A DNA stretch of 64,000 nucleotides. Source: Isurus oxyrinchus. Lineage: Eukaryota. The DNA lies in NCBI GenBank assembly GCA_026770705.1, contig JANJGN010000031.1, positions 13,020,001 through 13,084,000 on the forward strand, given 5' to 3'. Position 1 is the first letter of the stretch; every line of letters begins with the position of its first letter. The notes under the pieces are model-generated. The model did not search any database. It was given only the letters and a program-made list of their open reading frames with translations, and was not told where the DNA came from. Of the stretch, positions 48,232-60,000 are shown one piece after another. The translations under genes and the position numbers were made by a program.

Positions 48232-49715
48232 ACCATAGAACCATAGAAAAGTTACAGCACAGAGGGAGGCCATTCAGCCCATCTTGTCCATGCCAGCCCG
48301 AGGACACCCAGGTGCCCTTTCTAATCCCACCTTCCTGCACCCGGCCCATAGCCCTGCAGCTTACAGCACTTAAGATGCAGACCCAGGTACTTTTTAAAAG
48401 AGTTTAGAGTTTCTGCCTCTACCACCAACTTGGGCAGCGAATTCCAGACACCCACTACCCTCTGTGTAAAAAAGTTCTTCCTTGTGTCCCCCCTACAACT
48501 TCTGCCACTTATCTTGAATCTATGTCCCCTGGTTCTAGAATTCTCCACCAAGGGAAACAATTTTATCCTGTCCACTCTATCTGTTCCCCTCATAATTTTG
48601 TACACCTCAATCAAGTCACCTCTCAGCCTTCTTTGTTCTAAGGAAAATAACCCCAACCTATCCAATCTCTCCACGTAGCTACACTTTTCTAACCCTGGCA
48701 ACATTCTTGTAAACCTCCTCTGCACTCTCTCCAGAGCTATTACGTCCTTCCTGTAATATGGTGACCAGAACTGCACACAATACTCCAGTTGTGGCCTCAC
48801 CAGTGTTTTATACAATTCCAACATTATATCCTTATGTTTATATACTATACCTCTACCAATGAAGGAGAGCATTCTATATGCCTTTTTTACAACCTTGTCT
48901 ACTTGAACTGCTGCCTTCAGGGACCTGTGTACTTGTATACCAAGATCTGTCACTTCATCTACCCCACTTAGTATATTCCCATTTATTGTGTGATCCCTGT
49001 AACTGTTTGACCTCCCTAAATGTATGACCTCACACTTCTTTATGTTAAAATCCATCTGCCACTTTACCGCCCACTCCACCAACCCATCTATATCGTTTTG
49101 GAGATTATGGTTATCCTCTCCACTATCCACTACTCGGCCAATCTTTGTGTCATCTGCAAATTTCCCAATCGTGCCCCCCACATTCACGCCCAAATCGTTA
49201 ATATATAACACAAACAGCAAGGGTCCCAACACCGAGCCCTGTGGAACACCACTTGAGACAACTTTCCGTTCACAAGGGCATCCATCGACCATTACCCTTT
49301 GTTTCCTGTTACAAAGCCAACATTTTATCCAGTTTGCCACATTACCCAGAATCCCATGGGCTTTGACTTTCCTGACCAATCTGCCATGTGGGTCCTTGTC
49401 AAATGCCTTGCTAAAATCCATGTACACAACATCCACTGCACTACCTTCATCAACCCCTGCCACTTCCTCAAAGAATTCAATCAAATTCCTTCCTTTAATA
49501 AATCCATGCTGACCACCCTTGACTAGTCCATGCCTTTCCACATAACAGTTAATCCTATGTAAGACTAACTAGCCTATAATTGTTTGGCATTTCCTTTGAT
49601 CCCCTTTTAATCCCCTTAAATGGAACTACGCTTGCATTTCTCCAGTCCTCAGGTACCTCCCCTGTATCTCGTGAAGATTGGAAAATCATCCTCAGAGCAT
49701 CTGCTGTCTCCTCCT
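48232..49715 (-). mobile_element. CR1 LINE, 5'-truncated, relatively young
   Basis: Contains the 406-aa ORF; minus-strand 3' tail ctatggttctatgg. Confidence 0.95.
48321..49541 (-). CDS. CR1 ORF2 reverse transcriptase and C-terminal domain (406 aa open; truncated, probably not expressed)
   Basis: QHGF, VDVVYMDFSKAFDK, SGVPQGSVLGPLLF.LYINDL, KFADDTK, LVRPQLEYCVQFWSP, RRLRGDLIEVYKI, FFTQRVV..WNSLP. A small deletion follows QHGFIKGR and the APE endonuclease is absent. Confidence 0.85.
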   Translation of the reverse strand: MERHGLVKGGQHGFIKGRNLIEFFEEVAGVDEGSAVDVVYMDFSKAFDKDPHGRLVRKVKAHGILGNVANWIKCWLCNRKQRVMVDGCPCERKVVSSGVPQGSVLGPLLFVLYINDLGVNVGGTIGKFADDTKIGRVVDSGEDNHNLQNDIDGLVEWAVKWQMDFNIKKCEVIHLGRSNSYRDHTINGNILSGVDEVTDLGIQVHRSLKAAVQVDKVVKKAYRMLSFIGRGIVYKHKDIMLELYKTLVRPQLEYCVQFWSPYYRKDVIALERVQRRFTRMLPGLEKCSYVERLDRLGLFSLEQRRLRGDLIEVYKIMRGTDRVDRIKLFPLVENSRTRGHRFKISGRSCRGDTRKNFFTQRVVGVWNSLPKLVVEAETLNSFKKYLGLHLKCCKLQGYGPGAGRWD

Positions 49716-49754
49716 TATAATCAAAGTCTTATTATCTGGGTCATCAGCTCAAAG

Positions 49755-50740
49755 CTCAAGGCTGACACTCCGGTGAAGTACTGAGGGAATGCTGCACTGT
49801 TGGAGGGTGCTGCATTTCGGATGGGACATTAAACTGCCTGCTCAGTAAAAGATCCCATGTCACTATTTTGCAGAGGAGCACAGATTTCCCCCCTGTTTCC
49901 TGGCCAATAAGTATCGAAAACCAACGTCACAAAAAACCAGGTGTTCTCATTGCTGTTTGTGGGAGCTTGCTGTGTGCAAATTGGCTGCTGTGCTTCCTGC
50001 TTTACAACAGTACTTAATCGTCTCTTGACATTCAATGACATTACTATCACTGAATCCCCCATGATCAACATCCTGGGGGTTACCATTGACCAGAAACTGA
50101 ACTGGACCAGCCATATAAATACTGTGGCTACAAGAGCAGGTCAGGGGATAGGAATCCTGCAATGAGTAACTCACCTCCTGACTCCCCAAAGCCTGTCCAC
50201 CATCTACAAGGCACAGGTTAGGAGTGTGATGGAATACTCCCCACTTGCCTGGATGAGTGCAGCTCCTACTACACTCAGTAGGCTTGATGCCATCCAGACA
50301 AAGTAACCCTCTTGATTGGCACCCCCCTCCACCAACTTCAACATCCACTACCTCCACCACCGATGCACAGTGGCAGCAGTGTGTGCCATCTACAAGATGC
50401 ACTGCAGCAACTCACCAAGGCTCCTTTGACAGCACCTTCTAAACCCATGACCACTTCTATATAGAAGGACAAAGGCAGCAGACACATGGGAACACCACCA
50501 CCTGGAAGTTCCCCTCCAAGTCACTCACCATCCTGACTTGGAAATATATCGCCATTCCTTCACTGTCGCTGGGTCAAAATCCCGGAACGCCCTCCCTAAC
50601 AGCACTGTGGGTGTACCTACACCACAGGGACTGCAGCGGCTCAAGAAGGCAGCTCACCACCACCTTCTCAAGGGGTAATTAGGGACGGGCAATAAATGCT
50701 GGCCCAGCCAGCGAAGCTCACATCCTGTGAATGAATTTTT
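49755..50740 (+). mobile_element. DeuSINE fragment (~49755-50015) followed by a LINE family B 3' fragment (~50025-50740)
   Basis: Deu core 'gctgacactcc..actgagggaatgctgcactg'; then INILGVTIDQKLNWTSHINTVATRAGQ.. and the tail. Confidence 0.85.
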
Positions 50741-50759
50741 AAAAAATGTCTTACCTGAC

Positions 50760-51068
50760 TGTAGCCTCATCCCCACATTCCTGCCTACCCTCGATAACCT
50801 TTCACCCCCTTGATCAAGAACCTTTCTAGCTCTGCCTTAAAAATATTCAAAGACTCTGCTTCCACCGCCCTTTGAGGGAAAGAGTTCCAAAGCCTCATGA
50901 CCCTCTGAGAGAAAAAAATCCTCCCTGTCTCTGTCGTAAATGGGCAACCCCTAATTTTTAACCAGCGATCCCCTAGTTCTAGATTCTCCCACAAGAGGAA
51001 ACAGCCGCTCCACATCCACCCTGTCAACTCCTCTCAGGATCTTAAAGGTTTCAATCAAGTCACCTTTA
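50760..51068 (-). mobile_element. CR1 3' fragment
   Basis: FFSQRVMRLWNSFPQRAVEAESLNIFKAELERFL. Confidence 0.88.
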
Positions 51069-51099
51069 CACATAGAATTACTCTATGTAAAGACTATAT

Positions 51100-51740
51100 G
51101 GCTGGAATTTTCCAGCCCCCCCCCCCCCCCCCCCCCCCCCCCACACACAGTGGTTTCCCCCATGGTTGGGGCCGCTGAGCCAATGAAATTTCCGTTCGCG
51201 TCAGTGGAACCGGAAGATCCCACCGGCGTGAGGGGCTGGAAAATTGCGGGGGTTCCCTCCACATGCTGGCCTGTTGCTGCTGGCACCCCCAGGCAGGCAG
51301 GGAGGGCCTCGAAGCCTGCCTGGAGTGGTTGTCGCCCAGGGCAACCACCAGAAGGGTCACCTCCAAGCAGCTAAGCTGCCCCGAGGGCCTTTGGGAAAAT
51401 TCGAACTAGCCTCCTTTAAGTTGGCCTTAAGTGGCTCTTAATGAGCTTGTAAACCAAAAGCCATCTCCGCCTCCGGGGGTAGGATGGAGCTGGGGAACAG
51501 GCAAAGCGGGCCGCGGAACTATTTTTAGCGCCTGCGCTCCTCTGTTTCCATCCCCGGTGGGTGTCCAAAGCCCAGGCCCAAATCGTTTCTGTCTAATGGA
51601 TTGGAAATGAGACCCTCCCCACATCCCCAGTTTGCCTAGCGGGCAACTTTAACTTTAACCCGCAACTACTGGGTGAACAGGGCTACGCTGCCTGAATTGT
51701 CCCCTCACCCTGTTTGTGGGAAGGGGGAGGGAAAATGGCC
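51100..51740. mobile_element. GC-rich MITE-like element
   Basis: Left end GGCTGGAATTTTCC; degenerate right end 'ggaaaatggcc'; a related terminus 'ggaaaatcccagcc' occurs at ~40747-40760. Confidence 0.45.
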
Positions 51741-52256
51741 TCGTCTTGCAACAGGCTGTTAGCGGATTTAAGCGGGTGGATCACTGTGTCAAAAACGACT
51801 TTGAATGGTTTAAGAGTCATTTGAGGATTAAACCGTTGTCAGGCGTTCTTGAGTGGCTGCTTTTTATATAAGCATGCATGCCCGAGATATGGAGGAGGCT
51901 CAACATATCAGATTTCTGGCCCTGTCTTCTATTAATCTCTTGATAGCTTGCTGGTTCCTGGATAATTCACTCACCTCTTTCTGTCACCTCTCCCTACACT
52001 TACCACAAGTTTGTAACAGGGGCGGGGTGGGGGGGGGAGGCGGGGGAGGGTAGAGAAATCTTTGGAAGGAACGGTAAGATATTCAGTAAAGAGCATTCAC
52101 GGTCAGAACTGCATGCGGATTCCCAAGAAGTCATATCGCACTCGAAACATTAACTCTTCTTTCTTTCTCTCCACAGACGCTGCCAGACCGGCTGAGCTTC
52201 TCCAGCACCTTTGGTTTTTGTTGGTTTCAGAGCTGCGCCTGCTGTAGAAACATAGT

Positions 52257-52932
52257 GGGGGGCAGAGTTTTATGTCCCGCGGGGCGGGCGTGTGCCTGGC
52301 CTGATCGGGCGTAAAATAACGCGTGATGACTCCGGGCGAGAGCAAGAGTGAGAGCCGGCAGCTCGTCCGCCGGCAGTTAAGAGGCCAATTGAGGCTGTTA
52401 AAGCTTCAATCAATGTGGACTTTTCTGTGCCCACCCAACCTTATAGTTGGCGGGCAGTTGGGTGAATAGGCCGACGGCCTTTGCGCTTTTGGGGACACCT
52501 CGTCCAAGGGTGGGATGAGGTTTCCGATATTAATTTTAAAAAAATAAAAATGTCTGGGCAGAATTTTTATTACCTATATGTTCAGGCGAGCGAGTCCCAT
52601 GTGGGTGCATTTATTCAGAATTTCATTCTTGTTATTTTTGGATTTAAAATTCTTCGGCTCCCTGAGTCAGCCCTCTTGTCTTCAGGGGGCTTTCATGGCG
52701 CGCTTCACCCCCCCCCCCCAGCGCCAGCTCTGACTTCAGCGCTCACCCTCCTCCCGCCCTCACCCCGGCAGCGCTGAGATTTTCATCGCACGTTTCAGCC
52801 CCGCCTTTCACGCAGGCTGGCCATTAATTGGCCAACCGGCGAGAAATTGTGGTCAGGGGCCGATCACGGGCAGCGGCCTATTTCCCGGCTGCTCCAGGAC
52901 CCACCCACTGCGCCTGCCCGATGATCCTGCCC
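52257..52932. mobile_element. Harbinger-like MITE
   Basis: Termini GGGCAGAGTTTT ... ATCCTGCCC; inverted paralog of 15726-16505 and 18576-19190. Confidence 0.6.
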
Positions 52933-53041
52933 ATAGATTCTTTTTTAAATTCCCTTCTAGACAAACCCCATTCTGGTGTATGTTTGCCTTAAGTGGACAA
53001 AATACACATTGCAATTTTCAATACGCTACACAGGAGAAGGG

Positions 53042-53402
53042 TCATAGAGTCATAGCGGTCTACAGCACAGAAAAAGACCCTTCAGCCCATTGGGTCTGCG
53101 CTGGTCAAACAAGTACCTAACTATTCTAATCCCATTTTCCAGCACTAGGCCCATAGCCTGTATGCTATGGCATCGCAAGTGCACATCCAAATACTTCTTA
53201 AATGTTTTGAGGGGTTCTGCCTCTACCGACCTTTTAGGCATTGAGTTCCAGATTCCCACCATCCTCTGGGTGAAATAATTCCTCCTCACATCCCCTCTAA
53301 GCCTTACCTTAACTCTATTGCCCCCTGGTTATTGATCCCTCTACCAAGGAGGAAAAGCCCACCCTGTCTACCCTATCTAAGCCCCTCATAGTTTTATGCA
53401 CA
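53042..53402 (-). mobile_element. CR1 3' fragment
   Basis: RRNYFTQRMVGIWNSMP..FKKYLDVHL; minus-strand tail ctatgactctatga. Confidence 0.88.
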
Positions 53403-53542
53403 GGGGAGAGGGGGAATGAAGGAAGACATCAATCTCATCAGTTCACAGGAGCAATGATGACCACTCCTAGCTGGCTTCTCAATTGTGGTGTGTCGAACCG
53501 CAAACCCAGAAGGAAAATCCAGTAAAACCTGGAATTGGCCAG

Positions 53543-53770
53543 AACAAAAACAGAATTACCTGGAAAAACTCAGCAGGTCTGGCAGCATCGGCGGAGAAGA
53601 AAAGAGTTGACGTTTCGAGTCCTCATGACCCTTCTGTCGAAGGGTCATGAGGACTCGAAACGTCAACTCTTTTCTTCTCCGCCGATGCTGCCAGACCTGC
53701 TGAGTTTTTCCAGGTAATTCTGTTTTTGTTTTGGATTTCCAGCATCCGCAGTTTTGTTTTGTCTTTATCT
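53543..53770 (+). mobile_element. Perfect fold-back Penelope terminal-repeat insertion
   Basis: 92-bp perfect inverted arms at 53543-53634 and 53639-53730, a 4-nt loop and a 40-nt tail; perfect 14-bp TSD ctggaattggccag at 53529-53542 and 53771-53784. Confidence 0.95.
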
Positions 53771-54689
53771 CTGGAATTGGCCAGTACCAGTCCAAACTGG
53801 AGTTACATTGTAAGGTACACAAGGCCAGTTCAGACCAGGACGCATTTCCTAGTTTTACTGGCTTTTCTTTCTGGGAATGGAAGCCCTGGTGGGAGACAGC
53901 TTAATGGTGTGTTCTCCGTTCTCAAAACCTTGGACTGAAAAGTACTGGATGGATCGATGGAATTAAAAGTGTGGATTAGGGGAGTTTAAGACCTTGGCAG
54001 AAGGTAAGGATATCACAAGCATTTATGATTGCAAAGTCATTTAATTTTGGCGTAGGTTTCGCAGAATGTGTTTAAGACACTCAATTAAATTGATTTAGCC
54101 CGACAAAGAGAATTCTTCTCCTCTTAAGTGCCAGAAATAGAGGTAGAGGGTCAAGCTTGCCAAAAGCTGAGGTTGGGATTCCAGGGGTGACATTAGTTAG
54201 GAGCCCCAAGGAAATCAGAGGCTAATACTCAGGCTTCCTGTCTTTCTATAATATGCTGGAATAAGTAGATGAGGATTGGGTCGGTGTTTAAATCATTGAC
54301 TGATACAGCACTCAGGCCTGTCAATCCTGCCTGTGGATCTTTGAAGGAACTATCCCATTAGTCTCACAAGTTCCCCACAGCCCTGCCAATCCTCTTCTCT
54401 CCAACTGCCTTTTTGAAATTTGCCACTGACTCTCCAACCTCCCTCAGGCAGAGCATTCCAGATGATAACTTGCCACAATAAAAACATTCTCCTCATCTCC
54501 CCTTGAGTTCTTCGACGAATTATCTTAAATCTGTGGTACCTACGCTACTTCCAATGGAAACTGTTTCTCCTTAGAGACATTCATAATTTTGAATATCATC
54601 ATTAAATCTCTAGTCTCTCCATGAAACTGAAGTCCCTCACTCCTGATATAACTCTGGTAAATCCCCTTTGTGCTCTTTCTTTGACATCA

Positions 54690-55129
54690 GAGAGGTTGGA
54701 TAGACTTGGGTTGTTTTAATTGGAGCAGAGAAGACTGAGGGGCGACCTGATCGAGGTGTACAAGATTATGTGGGGCATGGACAGGGTGGATAGGGAGCAG
54801 CTGTTCCTCATAGTTGAAAGGTCAGTCACAAGGGGACATAGGTTCAAGGTGAGGGGCATGAGGTTTAGGGGGGATACGAGGAAAAACTTTTTTACCCAGA
54901 GGGCGGTGATGGTCTGGAATGCACTGCCTGGGAGGGTGGTGGAGGCGGGTTGCCTCACATCCTTTGAAAAGTACCTGGATGAGCATTCGGCACATCATAA
55001 CATTCAAGGCTATGGGCCAAGTGCTGGTAAATGGGATTAGGTAGGTAGGTCAGGTGTTTCTCACATGTCGGTCCAGACTCGATGGGCTGAAGGGCCTCTT
55101 CTGCTCTGTGAGATTCTGTGATTCTGTGA
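54690..55129 (+). mobile_element. CR1 3' fragment inserted in an older antisense CR1
   Basis: EQRRLRGDLIEVYKIMWGMDRVDRE..FFTQRAVMVWNALP; tail (gattctgt)n. The older CR1 lies at ~54310-54689 and 55130-55196. Confidence 0.92.
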
Positions 55130-55196
55130 TCATTCCTAAAATGTAGTTCCCAGAATTGGACATAATACACCAGTGACATGTACAGGTTTAGCATAC

Positions 55197-56283
55197 TGTT
55201 ATGATCAGGTGAAGAGGGGTAGAACTCTTTTCCCTCCCCTCGTTTGACTGTAACAAGTTTAACTGTTTAGGTGCTGCCATCATAAAAGACACACACACAG
55301 AGACAGTTTTCCTTATAAATTTTCAAAAAGAAGGGAATCATATTTATTGTTGTTTGGCAGCACGGAGTTTGAGTAATGCTGAAAAGAGAGACATGTCAAA
55401 GCTTTTTGCCTCACACTCATCACACTTGCAAAGTGTTTCTTGTGCTTAACGCCCAGTCTAAATAAAATAATGTCTCAACTCTCACACATATATGCACAAG
55501 TAAATTACAGGGTTGGAGGATAGATTAAGCAGTTTTTTAAAAAGTCCAATAAAAACTAGGGATGTATGGATCTTGTAGATTGGCGACTTGGATGGTTTCA
55601 GGCTGGACTCGATGGTCCCTCAGGATTTGGCATCGAGACAGTTTAAAGATGTCGATGGACAATGTATTTGTTCTCCTGGAGGCAGTAGTTGCTGGATCGG
55701 CTCTTAAAACAATGCTTGCAGTGATTGTATGGTCAAACAATGGGCAGGGCTCGAGATTACAGAATGGGTGGGGAGAGACAGAGTGTGTGCTCACTCAGAG
55801 ATCTTTCCTCTCTGGCGTCCCTCCTCCTGATTTGTGGCTTCTAAATCATCACATAATTCCCTCTCACCAACTGACCAGTTACCCAAACATGGTCATAGCA
55901 TGTTGACTCCAGGTCCATGGCTTAGACATGATTAGATTATGGTTGGGCAATTTGCTTTCCCGTCAGAGTCCATTGTCCAAAGTGATTATGTCTAATGGCT
56001 TGTTCTTCACCCAGTTGAGCACAGAGGTGGTTGTTTGGATGTTTTGGGAATGGGCCAGGAGATGGTCCATTCATTCTCCTCCAAGGCGGTTGTCTCTGAT
56101 GGGGTTTTCTAGACCTTTCTAGGCTTTGGAATGTGTAAGGTACAGTCATTCAATCACTCAGCCATTGTAGAAACTGCTATTTTATGTCTCTGGAATGCTA
56201 TTTCAACCTTTTACACCCAACTGGTGGTTTCAGACAAATAATTAAATAATGTCATTTTTGGTATAATGCATGGTTTTATAACA
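55197..56283. mobile_element. Probable solo LTR (~1.1 kb)
   Basis: Inverted termini TGTTAT...ATAACA; non-coding; contains a small Penelope family 2 fragment. Confidence 0.55.
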
Positions 56284-56529
56284 AACCTTAAAATTGAACA
56301 ACCTTAGAACATCCCAGGTCAGTTGAGATTGTTTTAAATTGGTGGAGGGTTGTGGGGGAGAGAGTATGTTTACAATCTAGAATACAAGGCAACTACTGAA
56401 TCAGAATAAAGTATCTGATCAAGAACCTAGACAAACAGAACTTTTCTAATAATCCAATCCCTCAGTGCTATGCAGGAGGAATACGGGCTCAATTTGGCAG
56501 AGTGTGTCCATGATAACCATAGTGTCACT

Positions 56530-56925
56530 GTTAACCCTGAGACACAGGGTTCTGGGTTAAAGTCCCACTCCAGAACTTAAGCACAAAAATCTAGGCTGAC
56601 ACTCCAGTGCAGCGCTGAGGGAATGCTGCATTGTTGGAGACGCTGTCTAATGTGTGACATTAAACCGAGGCCCCATCTGCCTGATTGCATAGATGTAAAA
56701 GGTTCCATGGCATTATTTCAGAGAAGAGCAGGGGAGTTATCTGCAGTGTCCTGGCCATTGTTTATCCCTCAATCAACATCACAAAAAAAGATTATTGGGT
56801 CATTCAAGTCCCATCCTAGAGGCTTGGGTACAAAATCCAGGCTGACACTCCCAGTGTAGAACTGAGAGAGTGCTGCACTGTAGGAGGTGCAGTTCTTCCT
56901 AATGAAATGTCAAACTGTCTGCCTT
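56530..56925 (+). mobile_element. DeuSINE with a repeated 5' portion
   Basis: 'aagtccca..aaaatc.aggctgacactcc..ctgag..tgctgca' occurs twice (~56560 and ~56806). Confidence 0.75.
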
Positions 56926-57033
56926 TAGTGGTAGGTGTTTCAGCATGGAGGTTCATTAAACTTGAGAGGAGGTTAGACAGTGATCCACAACATTATGTAC
57001 CTGAATCTGGGGTGTTGTTTGTGTTCTTGTTGC

Positions 57034-60000
57034 TGTCGGTGCGACCATAGGGCCTCCAGGCGTGTGTCAGCGTGTACATAGGGCCTACAGGCGTGTGTCA
57101 GCGTGTACATAGGGCCTACAGGAGTGTGTCAGCGTGTACATAGGGCCTACAGGAGTGTGTCAGCGTGTATATAGTGTCTACAGGAGTGTGTCAGCGTGTA
57201 CATAGTGTCTACAGGAGTGTGTCAGCGTGTACATAGGGCCTACAGGAGTGTGTCAGCGTGTACATAGGGCCTACAGGAGTGTGTCAGCGTGTACATAGGG
57301 CCTACAGGAGTGTGTCAGCGTGTACATAGGGCCTACAGGAATGTGTCAGCGTGTACATAGGGCCTACAGGAGTGTGTCAGCGTGTACATAGAGCCTACAG
57401 GAGTGTGTCAGCGTGTACATAGGGCCTACAGGAGTGTGTCAGCGTCTACATAGGGCCTACAGGAGTGTGTCAGCATGTACATAGGGCCTACAGGAGTGTG
57501 TCAGCATGTACATAGTGTCTACAGGAGTGTGTCAGCGTGTACATAGGGCCTACAGGAGTGTGTCAGTGTGTACATAGGGCCTACAGGAGTGTGTCAGCGT
57601 GTACATAGGGCCTACAGGAGTGTGTCAGCGTGTACATAGGGCCTACAGGAGTGTGTCAGCGTGTACATAGGGCCTACAGGAGTGTGTCAGCGTGTACATA
57701 GGGCCTACAGGAGTGTGTCAGCGTGTACATAGGGCCTACAGGAGTGTGTCAGCGTGTACATAGGGCCTACAGGAGTGTGTCAGCGTGTACATAGGGCCTA
57801 CAGGAGTGTGTCAGCATGTACATAGGGCCTACAGGAGTATGTCAGCATGTACATAGTGTCTACAGGAGTGTGTCAGCGTGTACAGAGGGCCTACAGGAGT
57901 GTGTCAGCGTGTACATAAGGCATACAGGAGTGTGTCAGCGTGTACATAGGGCCTACAGGAGTGTGTCAGCATGTACATAGTGTCTACAGGAGTGTCAGCA
58001 TGTACATAGGGCCTACAGGAGTGTGTCAGCGTGTACATAGGGCCTACAGGAGTGTGTCAGCGTGTACATAGGGCCTACAGGAGTGTGTCAGCATGTACAT
58101 AGTGTCTACAGGAGTGTGTCAGCGTGTACATAGTGTCTACAGGAGTGTGTCAATGTGACCATAGGGCCTACAGGAGTGTGTCAGCGTGTACATAGTGTCT
58201 ACAGGAGTGTGTCAATGTGACTATAGGGCCTACAGGAGTGTGTCAGCATGTACATAGTGTCTACAGGAATGTGTCAGCATGTACATAGTGTCTACAGGAG
58301 TGTGTCAGCATGTGCATAGTGTCCACAGGAGTGTGTCAGCGTGTACATAGTGTCTACAGGAGTGTGTCAGCGTGTGCATAGCATCTACAGCAGTGTGTCA
58401 CTGTGTACATAGTGTCTACAGGAGTGTGTCAGTGTGAACAAAGGGCTTACGGGAGTGTGTCAGCATGTATGTAGGGCGTACGGGAGTGTGCCAGTGTGTA
58501 TATAGGGCTTACAGGACTGTGTCAGTGTGTATATCAGGCCTACAGGAATGTGTCAGTGTATATAGGGCCTATAGGAGTCTGTCAGTGTATGTATAGGATG
58601 TACGGGAGTAGGTCAGTGTATATAGGGCCTATAGGAGTCTGTCAGTGTGTATATAGGGCCTACAGGGATGTGTCAGTGTGTATATAGGGCCTACAGGAGT
58701 GTGTCAGCGTGTACATAGGGCCTACAGGAGTGAGTCAGCGTGTACATAGGGCATACAGGAGTGTGCCAGTGTGTATATAGGGCTTACAGGAGTCTGTCAG
58801 TGTATGTATAGGATGTACGGGAGTAAGTCAGTGTATATAGGGCCTATAGGAGTCTGTCAGTGTGTATATAGGGCTTACAGGGGTGTGTCAGTGTGTATAT
58901 AGGGTGTACAGGAGTGTGTCAGTGTATATTGGGCCTACAGGAATGTGTCAGTGTGTATATAGGGCTTACAGGGGTGTGTCAGTGTGTATATAGGGTGTAC
59001 AGGAGTGTGTCAGTGTATATTGGGTGTACAGGAGTGTGTCAGTGTATATATAGAGCCTAAGGGAGTGTGGCAGTGTGTATATAGTGTCTACAGGAGTGTG
59101 TCAGCATGTACATAGTGTTTACAGGAGTGTATCAGCGTGTACATAGTGTCTACCGGAGTGTATCAGCGTGTACATAGTGTCTACAGGAGTGTGTCAGCGT
59201 GTACATAGTGTCTACAGGAGTGTATCAGCATGTACATAGTGTCTACAGGAGTGTGTCAGCATGTACATAGTGTCTACAGGAGTGTGTCAGCGTGTACATA
59301 GTGTCTACAGGAGTGTATCAGCGTGTACATATTGTCTACAGGAGTGTGTCAGCATGTACATAGTGTCTACAGGAGTGTGTCAGCATGTACATAGTGTCTA
59401 CAGGAGTGTGTCAGCATGTACATAGTGTCTACAGGAGTGTGTCAGCGTGTGCATAGCATCTACAACAGTGTGTTACTGTGTACATAGTGTCTACAGGAGT
59501 GTGTCAGTGTGAACAAAGGGCTTACTGGAGTGTGTCAGCATGTATGTAGGGCGTACGGGAGTGTGCCAGTGTATATATAGGGCTTACAGGACTGTGTCAG
59601 TGTGTATATCGGGCCTACAGGAATGTGTCGGTGTATATAGGGCCTATAGGAGTCTGTCAGTGTGTATATTGGGCATGCAGGAGTGTGACAGTGTGTATAT
59701 AGGGCCTATGGGGGTGTGTCAGTGTATATAAAGGGTGTACAGGAGTGTGCCAGTGTATATATAGGGCATACAGGAGTGTGCCAGTGTGTATATAGGGCTT
59801 ACAGGAGTCTGTCAGTGTATGTATAGGATGTACGGGAGTAAGTCAGTGTATATAGGGCCTATAGGAGTCTGTCAGTGTGTATATAGGGCTTACAGGGGTG
59901 TGTCAGTGTGTATATAGGTTGTACAGGAGTGTGGTCAGTGTATATTGGGCGTACAGGAGTGTGTCAGTGTGTATATAGGGCCTACAGGAATGTGTCAGTG

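Noticed and set aside
53543-53730. pre-miRNA or DNA-transposon MITE
   Set aside because: The arms are Penelope terminal-repeat sequence with an asymmetric tail and a 14-bp TSD, which does not fit a TIR transposon. There is no evidence for miRNA processing.
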